A program made the translations under genes and the position numbers. Positions 9,453 through 16,915 of a stretch of DNA of 64,000 nt are shown one piece after another. This DNA comes from an uncultured Gammaproteobacteria bacterium. Lineage in GTDB: Bacteria; Patescibacteriota; Microgenomatia; Curtissbacterales; GWA2-41-24. The notes below the pieces were generated by a model. It was given only the letters and a program-made list of their open reading frames with translations. It was not told where the DNA came from and searched no databases. The stretch spans positions 3,614 through 67,613 of the forward strand of contig CAZLVB010000001.1 of the NCBI GenBank assembly GCA_964562855.1. Reading direction: 5' to 3'. Each line of letters starts with the position of its first letter. Position 1 is the stretch's first letter.

Positions 9453-11109
9453 CGTTTATATAATTGATAACTTTCAAGGTTTTGCCTTTGCCGGATAATT
9501 CTTGTGGTGTCCCCACAAAAAGAGTTTTTGCTTCTTGTCGTTGTTGTTCATAATCAATCGGTCTAAAAAGGTATCTATCAAATTTATTTCTATCTTCCAG
9601 AAAACCGCCAGAAACAGTACCCCCCTCCTCTAAATATTTTTTGGGGTCGTACTTTAGGTAGTAGAGCCAAAATTCGTGAGGTTGTTCTAATTTGGTGGAA
9701 ACAATGACACGATCATATCTATCTTTAATCTCTTCAGAGTATAGTGCCGCTTCTCGTCTTCCATATATCCAGGCTTTCGAATATTCGTAGGGCATATGAA
9801 TATAGTATTGATGAAGGTAAAATGAAAAATTCGCAAATAATAGTAAAGCTACGAAAATTGTAAACAATCGTTTATGTTTGAAGGAAGAATAAATAGTGAA
9901 AGCACCAATTGCAGTAAATATCTGATAAGTAGGCAAATATATCTCACTTCTTAGGGAATGAGGAACTCCCCAAGTTACAGATGAGGCAATCGGCGCTATC
10001 AAAAACCACCAAAATATAATAACTTTCGACTTAACCTCAAATTTTTTGGCAATTAAAAAATAAATTCCGGCGAGGATAAACGGAATGTCCCAAAGATATA
10101 AAAGTCCGATTTGTGGAGCATGATGTCTGTCCATATCGGCATTCAAAAAGAGAAAATCAGGTCTAAAATGTGAAAGATAATTTTCAATTAAAATCGGAAT
10201 ATAGACAAGACGACGATTATGGAAAATTCGGCCCAACGTCAGCTGCCCTTGATTTTCGTCCTGTGCAATTAATTCGGCAGCCTTATATTGAGGAGAGACG
10301 TCGGCAAAAATAGTTGTACCTTTAAACCTCATTTGTCCTGCTGTAGAAAAAATAACTGGCAATAAAACTAGTGCAAAAATTAGGGAAATTGCCGCGGGTA
10401 GGATTAGCGATTTGATTGATTTTAAAAGGTTATCTTTAAATAGATAAATTAAAACTATGGAATAAATGGGCACAAAAACTCGGGCATTATGGTACATAAA
10501 AAGATTTACACCGAAAGCAATGGCAGATATGGATAACCAAAGGGTTCTCTTTCGGTCTTTGCTTGTGATTGCCTTCAAAAAAGCCCATGTGGCCGATACA
10601 GACAAAAAAATAGCACTGTTTGTTTCGAAAGCAACCCTCGAAAATTGTAAGTGCCAAGGGGAGATGGCCAACATTAGCGCAGCTAATGTTGGAATGTCCA
10701 ATTGAAACGTTTTCCTTTGGAAAAGCAAATTTCTAATTTCTAATGAATTGACTAATTGGGATGGGGGTCTTGGGAATAATTCTTTGACCATCAAATAGGT
10801 GAATAAAACTGCTAAGACTCCAAGAATTGCCGAAGGTAATCTAACAGCGAAGTCATTGAGTCCGAAAATAGCAATTGAGGGTACTACCAGATAGGTGTAA
10901 ACTGGCGGCTTGTAATCGTCAAATGATCTAAAAGATAAAGGAAATTTATAGCCATATTCGTCCCGGCCAGTCTTAAGAATTGAAAGGGCATTATAACCGT
11001 GGGCAGTTTCGTCCCAGTCAAGACTAGGAGGGTTCTGGCCGAGCTGATAAAACCTCAAGATTGCAGCAAGCAGAATTATTAGAATCAAGTAAAAATTATT
11101 TTTTAACAT
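9415..11109 (-). CDS. GT39/PMT-like membrane glycosyltransferase paralog
   Basis: 564 aa; LDWDETAHGYNALSILKTGRDEYG motif and IPTLAALMLAISPWHLQFSRVAFE, sharing the identical palindromic block with gene 838..2556. Confidence 0.75.
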   Translation of the reverse strand: MLKNNFYLILIILLAAILRFYQLGQNPPSLDWDETAHGYNALSILKTGRDEYGYKFPLSFRSFDDYKPPVYTYLVVPSIAIFGLNDFAVRLPSAILGVLAVLFTYLMVKELFPRPPSQLVNSLEIRNLLFQRKTFQLDIPTLAALMLAISPWHLQFSRVAFETNSAIFLSVSATWAFLKAITSKDRKRTLWLSISAIAFGVNLFMYHNARVFVPIYSIVLIYLFKDNLLKSIKSLILPAAISLIFALVLLPVIFSTAGQMRFKGTTIFADVSPQYKAAELIAQDENQGQLTLGRIFHNRRLVYIPILIENYLSHFRPDFLFLNADMDRHHAPQIGLLYLWDIPFILAGIYFLIAKKFEVKSKVIIFWWFLIAPIASSVTWGVPHSLRSEIYLPTYQIFTAIGAFTIYSSFKHKRLFTIFVALLLFANFSFYLHQYYIHMPYEYSKAWIYGRREAALYSEEIKDRYDRVIVSTKLEQPHEFWLYYLKYDPKKYLEEGGTVSGGFLEDRNKFDRYLFRPIDYEQQRQEAKTLFVGTPQELSGKGKTLKVINYINGEPAIHIVSDEI

Positions 11110-12814
11110 TTCTTAAAACTAGACCGGCTGCCAGCAGGAAAGACCCGAGACTGAGATAATTTGCAAACAACCTTGTTGGAGTTTCTCCAAATTTTACATC
11201 TACTTCGTGGCCACCTTTGGTTAATTTAATGCTCATGAGCCCGGATGCGTCCTGTTCACTGTCAAGATCGAGACTTGTAGTGTTGGTAATTTCAAATTCT
11301 TGATGCAGACTAAGTTTTTGGCCATCAACAAATATTGTGACACCTGGAAAGTAAAACTTATTTATTCTTATCTGGGCGCTTTCGGAATTGACGTCTACCT
11401 CAAAAGACAGTCTATTTGATTTGGCACGTACATTAGACAAACTTGATTCGCCGGATAAATTTTCGACATTTATGCTGGGGTCAAAACCTATTGGTACTTT
11501 GGTGGATTGCCTCCATATCGGAGTAAATTCATTATACTGAGTAGCTGTACCCGAGTAATCGGAAAAATGATCGTCGGGCCACATTAGACTTTGATTAATT
11601 CTTAAGTGATTGCGATTAGCTATCAACACCGCTAAAACCAGAAAGATAAATATCAAACCTGGTTTTAATGCCTTAGCAGCAAAAGCGGCCAGATAGGCCA
11701 ACGATACAGATACAATTCCTAAAAGCCTCCAAGGAAGATCGATAAAATGCAGAAACTTGATTTTTTGCCAAATTATGGTGTTAGGTTTAATCTGCAACAT
11801 TAAAAATATTGCAAGCAAGGCAATTGCAAAGAAAAAAAAGATTAGCCAATTTTCGGCTTTTGAGAAAGACAGTTTCTTTTTAAAAAAAGCATATACCAAA
11901 AGAAAAAACACTAGGAGTAAAATCAATATATGCGCTAAGCCAATTTGGAAAGATATTTGGTCATTAACTGTTCCCGGTAGGTCAAATCCGTATCCCCATG
12001 GAGATCGGATAAGCTGCTTTAAGGTGACAAAATGATTTTCATAGGCAGTTCTTATGATTTCGTCGAATCTTGTGAATCTGCGTTCAAAAACTGACGGCAG
12101 GTAAGTCACGGCTGAAAGCAAAAATCCCCAAATTGCGACAATTGCCGAGTTCCTGAGCATTCGAGCAAAATTTTTGTTGAGCGCCAACACAATTGCGTAT
12201 CCTGCAATTAAAGGGGCTGCCAAGATTGCTACTAAATTCTGAGAAAGTAACAAAGCAGAAAATGAGAGCACACTAATAGCTAGCCATTTCCAAGTATTCT
12301 CTTTCCATAGTTTAGTAATTGAAAATAACAATAAAGGAAGAAAAGTATATGCTAAAAGCTCGGAGATTGAGCCGCGAACGTATATCAAGGAAAATCTGTA
12401 GGGAGCCCACATATAAAACAGTGCGCCCAAAAAGGCCGCTTTTTCAGACTTGAAAACTGCTTTAAGCCAAAGATAGCTAAAAATTCCCGAAAAAATAAAG
12501 CCGACAGCCATCAGAATTTTAAAACTATCTGCGAAAGAAAAACCCAAGAAATGAATTACTGAACCAAAAGCATAGGGTAACGGATATATGTAAACGAATA
12601 TCGGGCTTCCTAGGCCGTTGTAGAAGTTGCCAGCAAAACGTGGCGGAAATTGGCCATCGCTAAGGGCTTGATAATAAGCTGCAATGCGCGCCGCATGGGT
12701 TTCGCCGTCGTGACTCGTGTAAAAACCCGGAAGAGTCAAACTTTTAAGCGCAGGTGCTGAAAGGATAATCAGAGCAGCTATAGCCAGAAAATTCGGATTA
12801 TACCAAAACCTCAC
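11096..12814 (-). CDS. large polytopic membrane protein, putative GT-C-type glycosyltransferase (unnamed family B)
   Basis: 572 aa; N-terminal motif FYTSHDGETHAARIAAYYQALSDGQFPPRF...NGLGSPIFVYIYPLPY shared with 26484..28226 and 34100..35710. Many TM helices, then a C-terminal soluble domain. Confidence 0.5.
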   Translation of the reverse strand: MRFWYNPNFLAIAALIILSAPALKSLTLPGFYTSHDGETHAARIAAYYQALSDGQFPPRFAGNFYNGLGSPIFVYIYPLPYAFGSVIHFLGFSFADSFKILMAVGFIFSGIFSYLWLKAVFKSEKAAFLGALFYMWAPYRFSLIYVRGSISELLAYTFLPLLLFSITKLWKENTWKWLAISVLSFSALLLSQNLVAILAAPLIAGYAIVLALNKNFARMLRNSAIVAIWGFLLSAVTYLPSVFERRFTRFDEIIRTAYENHFVTLKQLIRSPWGYGFDLPGTVNDQISFQIGLAHILILLLVFFLLVYAFFKKKLSFSKAENWLIFFFFAIALLAIFLMLQIKPNTIIWQKIKFLHFIDLPWRLLGIVSVSLAYLAAFAAKALKPGLIFIFLVLAVLIANRNHLRINQSLMWPDDHFSDYSGTATQYNEFTPIWRQSTKVPIGFDPSINVENLSGESSLSNVRAKSNRLSFEVDVNSESAQIRINKFYFPGVTIFVDGQKLSLHQEFEITNTTSLDLDSEQDASGLMSIKLTKGGHEVDVKFGETPTRLFANYLSLGSFLLAAGLVLRNVKK

Positions 12815-12839
12815 ACTACAAATTCTAGCACAAAGAATT

Positions 12840-13907
12840 TTACGGTTGAGGGTAAATTACTTTTCCTTGTGGGTTACCGGCAAATCGGCCATTTTCAAAA
12901 ACAATTTGGCCACGAATTACAACTTTTTTGACCTTCCCCCTACCCTCCATGCCAACAAATGGCGTCCAGCCGCATTTGGTAAATAAACCTTTATTGGAGA
13001 TCTTGTATTTTTTAGCAGTGTCGATCTCCACATAGGTTTCCTGTTGGTTTGGAAGACTGAAAATTATTCGGGGATTAGTGCAAGCCAATTCTATCAACCG
13101 TTCAAGACTAATTCTCTCTTGAGTGACAGCATTTAACATTAAAGGCAAAGTCGTTTCTAATCCGGGAACTCCATATTTAGGCGAGGAGTGATCGTATTTT
13201 TCTGCAAGCGTATGGGGGGCATGATCTGTTGAAATCATATCTATTTTGTCAAGATTTAACCACAGTTTTTCTTGATCTTTTTTGGATAAAAGTGGCGGTT
13301 TCATCACTCCTTGCGGACCGAGTCTTTTAAGGTCACTCTTGTTCAGAAAGAGGTGGTGGGGGCAAACTTCGCTGCTAATATCAAGACCATCGCTTTTGGC
13401 CTTATTGACTGCCCTAATCTGGTCAAATGCGATATGACAAATGTGAAGTTTTTTCCTGTATTTCCTGGCTAATCTGATGGCTGCCTCAACGGTTTTCCCT
13501 TCAGCGTGAACCATTATCGGCAAAGGACTATTCCACAATTTAAAAATTACTTCTCTGTCTGCCGCTTTATCAATCAGAAGCGGGCCTGTCGTTTGGTTCA
13601 TGTAGACTTTTAGGCCAAAAACTTTTCGCCGTACTTGTTTAAAATATTTCGTAGATAAGGAAGTGCCCCCAAAATTAAAACCGACATCGCACCAAATTTT
13701 GTCTTGAGCAAGATTTATTTTGTCCTCTAAGTCGTTGGGGGTAGCAGTCGGCGGAGAGTTATTTGGCATATCCAAAATCTGGGTATAGCCGCCGGCAACA
13801 GCCGCTTGGGTACCAGTATAGAAATCTTCTTTGTACGTCGCCCCAGGTTCTCTCAGATGAACATGGACGTCGACAAGTCCGGGGAGCTTTATTAAATTAC
13901 TTTTCAA
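12840..13907 (-). CDS. pyrC: dihydroorotase
   Basis: 355 aa; metal-binding motif LPGLVDVHVHLREPG and ISTDHAPH typical of the dihydroorotase/amidohydrolase family. Confidence 0.75.
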   Translation of the reverse strand: MKSNLIKLPGLVDVHVHLREPGATYKEDFYTGTQAAVAGGYTQILDMPNNSPPTATPNDLEDKINLAQDKIWCDVGFNFGGTSLSTKYFKQVRRKVFGLKVYMNQTTGPLLIDKAADREVIFKLWNSPLPIMVHAEGKTVEAAIRLARKYRKKLHICHIAFDQIRAVNKAKSDGLDISSEVCPHHLFLNKSDLKRLGPQGVMKPPLLSKKDQEKLWLNLDKIDMISTDHAPHTLAEKYDHSSPKYGVPGLETTLPLMLNAVTQERISLERLIELACTNPRIIFSLPNQQETYVEIDTAKKYKISNKGLFTKCGWTPFVGMEGRGKVKKVVIRGQIVFENGRFAGNPQGKVIYPQP

Positions 13908-13979
13908 ATTAGATCTGATTTTAGCATATGGATCATTTTTGCTTGTATAATGAAAATTACTCAGAGGGCAAATTCAATT

Positions 13980-15209
13980 ATGAAGATTAGTATTTCGAAT
14001 GTAATTATCCTTTTAATCTTCTCTTTTGCTGTTTTTTCCGGATTTATTACTTATCGGGCCAGTTGGTTCAATATCGACAAACACTTTTCACTTCTTGCAC
14101 AGAGTTTCCTTAAAAATGACTTGTTTCTTGATCCTAACAATCTTCCAAATGGGGATTACGTAGATTATCAAGGAAAGCAATATCTGTTTTTTGGACCGAT
14201 GCCTTCAATCTTACTTATGCCTCTCGTTGCATTTTTCGGAAAGAATTTTCCCCAAATGACACTATCTATTTCTTCACTGATCATAATATTTCTGGGCATT
14301 TTCTTTTTATCCAAAAAAATAAAATTTTCGACTGCAGACTCATTTTGGCTTGCCAACTTTTTTGTCTTCGGGACAGTTCTATATTTTGTCGGCTTAGTAA
14401 ATATATCAGCATATCTTGTCCAAGCCGTTGCGACCGCCTTTGTAGTACTGGCGCTTTTGGAATATTTTACAAAGAGACGGTGGTTTGTAATTGGAGTACT
14501 TGTCGCGGCAGCAGGGGCTACAAGAATTACGCTATTCGGCATGATGCTATTTTTCCTTTTAGAAATATTTCGAATGAGAGACAAAATAGACGTTAAAAGA
14601 AATCTAACTTTATTACTTATCCCGGTAATCTTTTCCTTATCAGTGCTTGGGCTATATAATTTTCGGCGATTTCATTCGCCTTTTGACACCGGCTATACCC
14701 GTAACGTCTCGGTTTTGGATAAAAATTACTACAATTATAAAGAAGGCTGGTTTAGCGTTAAGCACATACCGGCAAATCTGTATGCTCTATTTATAGCAAC
14801 TCCCAAGCCGGTATTAAAGGAAGGAATAGAATTTGTTTTGAAGTTTCCATATCTAAAGGTAGATCATTTGGGAATGGCTATATGGATCACTTCCCCGCTT
14901 TTTATCTACCTATTAAAAATTAAGAGGGAAGGTTATACAATTTCGGCATTTTTGACGATTCTTGCAATGTCAATCCCTTCACTTGTCTATTTTGGTATTG
15001 GAATCTCGCAATTCGGCTACCGCTACAGTTTGGATTTTTTACCTCTACTATTTTTAATTCTTTTATCCGCATTTGCCCAAAAAAAATTGCCACCTTTTTC
15101 TAAATTGTTAATTCTAACAGGTATAATTTTTGATACTTTTTACATGGCCAGTATTTGGAATGATTATCCTCTCTTGCATTTTTGGGATTACCTTGGGATT
15201 AATTTCTGA
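13980..15209 (+). CDS. polytopic membrane protein (possible GT-C-like glycosyltransferase); the only plus-strand gene
   Basis: ORF 13950..15209 (419 aa) with about 11 TM helices. The second in-frame ATG at 13980 has a GAGGG about 10 nt upstream, and a TATAAT-like box overlaps the first ATG, so 13980 is the preferred start. Confidence 0.5.
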   Translation: MKISISNVIILLIFSFAVFSGFITYRASWFNIDKHFSLLAQSFLKNDLFLDPNNLPNGDYVDYQGKQYLFFGPMPSILLMPLVAFFGKNFPQMTLSISSLIIIFLGIFFLSKKIKFSTADSFWLANFFVFGTVLYFVGLVNISAYLVQAVATAFVVLALLEYFTKRRWFVIGVLVAAAGATRITLFGMMLFFLLEIFRMRDKIDVKRNLTLLLIPVIFSLSVLGLYNFRRFHSPFDTGYTRNVSVLDKNYYNYKEGWFSVKHIPANLYALFIATPKPVLKEGIEFVLKFPYLKVDHLGMAIWITSPLFIYLLKIKREGYTISAFLTILAMSIPSLVYFGIGISQFGYRYSLDFLPLLFLILLSAFAQKKLPPFSKLLILTGIIFDTFYMASIWNDYPLLHFWDYLGINF

Positions 15210-16020
15210 ATATTCCTACTTTAACTAAACCCGTCTGAGATATTAAATATGTAAAAACTGTCCATAAAGTCATCAGGCCATATTTTGCAGATCTTCTGAA
15301 ATTAATGGAGGACGCCTCGGGAAAATATTTACAAGGAACAGGAATCTCTGAGATATTAAATTTCTTTGCTAAGGCGTAAATAAGAATCTCTTGATCGAAG
15401 ACAAAATCATCCGAGAATTTCTGATACGGAATTGTTTTTAAAACCTTGGCGGAAAATGCCCGGAAGCCCGTATGATACTCCGATAAATTCAGGCCCATTG
15501 ATAAATTTTCAATTAATGTTAAAAACCTATTCGCAAGATATTTCCATAAAGGCATTCCGCTTGACAATACCTGATATCGAGTTTGAATTCTGGAACCTAA
15601 CATTATCTCGGCTCTGCCATTAACAACCGGTTCGCAAAGGACTCCTACAAGTTTTGCGTCATACTGATAATCTGGGTGAACCATAACTACAATATCCGGA
15701 TTCCTTTTGAGCGCCTGATCATAGCAGGTTTTTTGGTTACCACCGTAACCCTTATTTTTTCTATGTAGATAAACAGTAATCCCTAAATTTTCAGCCTTTT
15801 TGACTGTCCGGTCTTGCGATGCATCATCGACAAGAATAATCTCTTTGATTAGATCTTTGGGTAGATCGTCAAACGTTTTCTTGACAGTTTTCTCTGCATT
15901 GTAGGCAGGCATGACCACAATTATTTTGGGCTTTAATTTTGAATCCCAAAGGACGTTATGATTTTTCAAATTTAACCAAGACCTCCCGATCAGAAAGTGG
16001 TGAGTGATATACAGTGCCAT
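15199..16020 (-). CDS. GT2 family glycosyltransferase (polyprenyl-phosphate sugar synthase-like)
   Basis: KIIVVMPAYNAEKTV...ILVDDASQDRT GT2 signature. The annotated N-terminal about 25 aa overlaps the upstream gene and the GC-rich insert, so the true start is probably internal, near 15969. Confidence 0.65.
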   Translation of the reverse strand: MALYITHHFLIGRSWLNLKNHNVLWDSKLKPKIIVVMPAYNAEKTVKKTFDDLPKDLIKEIILVDDASQDRTVKKAENLGITVYLHRKNKGYGGNQKTCYDQALKRNPDIVVMVHPDYQYDAKLVGVLCEPVVNGRAEIMLGSRIQTRYQVLSSGMPLWKYLANRFLTLIENLSMGLNLSEYHTGFRAFSAKVLKTIPYQKFSDDFVFDQEILIYALAKKFNISEIPVPCKYFPEASSINFRRSAKYGLMTLWTVFTYLISQTGLVKVGIFRN

Positions 16021-16915
16021 GCGGTCCTCGCTTGCGCTGCGGGCCTAGAGTGGTGAGTGACGAGTCGAAAATAAGATAAGGCAATTTTGTCAGGGCCCAA
16101 ACGAAACCGGTAAAGAAAGCTAAATCGAGAGACGCTAGAGCTTTGAGAAAATGGTAAGGGAGCCATAGGAGATGTTGAATAATCCAAAAAGGATCGGCAA
16201 TATTTTTCCAAACAAAAAGGAATTGATTTCTATAAGAAACGGCCTTTACTAAAAACAAAGATTTTGAGGTTTTAATGGCGCCCTCCTGGTGAAAATGGTC
16301 GACTTTGGATTTTAGTTCGAAAAAACATTTATATCCTGATCGCCAAGCTCGCAAAGATAGATCTATATCTTCCCAATAAAACGGCGCAAATACTTCGTCG
16401 AAGCCATTAAGCTCTAAAAATTTTTTTTTATCAAAAATTCCAGAACCTCCCGAAACCCAAAGGGTTTCTCCGCTGTTTGACGGTAATTTAAAGTGACTCA
16501 CGAATCCTTTCGTAAAAGATGCGCCACCTTTACCGCGAATTACCACCTTACCATCCTCAGGACTCATATCAGCAAAACCCACGGCAAACATTTTCTGATC
16601 TTTAAAATATTTTAGTGAATCTTTAAGAAAATTTTCTTTCGGTAAAACATCGGAGTTGAGAAGAACAACCAGGCTTCCAGAGGCTGTTTTAACTCCTTCG
16701 TTAACTGCCGCAGCGAACCCGCGGTTTTGCGAAAATTGTATTATTTTTATTTTCCTAAAATTTTTTTTGAGATATTGTACCGACTGATCAGTTGATGCGT
16801 CATCAACTACAATAATCTCGCAGTTTTTGCAGTTCTTTATAACAGCCGGAAGGTTTTTGGCAAGCAGGTGCCTGCCATTGTAATTAGGAATGATTACTGA
16901 TATTTTTTCTTCCAT
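15956..16915 (-). CDS. GT2 family glycosyltransferase
   Basis: ISVIIPNYNGRHLL...IVVDDASTDQS...DxD-like motifs; 319 aa. The C-terminal 27 aa are encoded by the GC-rich insert. Confidence 0.7.
   Translation of the reverse strand: MEEKISVIIPNYNGRHLLAKNLPAVIKNCKNCEIIVVDDASTDQSVQYLKKNFRKIKIIQFSQNRGFAAAVNEGVKTASGSLVVLLNSDVLPKENFLKDSLKYFKDQKMFAVGFADMSPEDGKVVIRGKGGASFTKGFVSHFKLPSNSGETLWVSGGSGIFDKKKFLELNGFDEVFAPFYWEDIDLSLRAWRSGYKCFFELKSKVDHFHQEGAIKTSKSLFLVKAVSYRNQFLFVWKNIADPFWIIQHLLWLPYHFLKALASLDLAFFTGFVWALTKLPYLIFDSSLTTLGPQRKRGPHGTVYHSPLSDREVLVKFEKS
15996..16060. repeat. 12-bp direct repeat AGTGGTGAGTGA (15996-16007 and 16049-16060) flanking a 41-bp GC-rich segment (about 63% GC); insertion-like element at the junction of two GT2 genes
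   Basis: Exact 12-mer found twice, 53 nt apart. The intervening sequence tatacagtgccatgcggtcctcgcttgcgctgcgggcctag is compositionally anomalous for this roughly 35% GC window. Confidence 0.5.
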
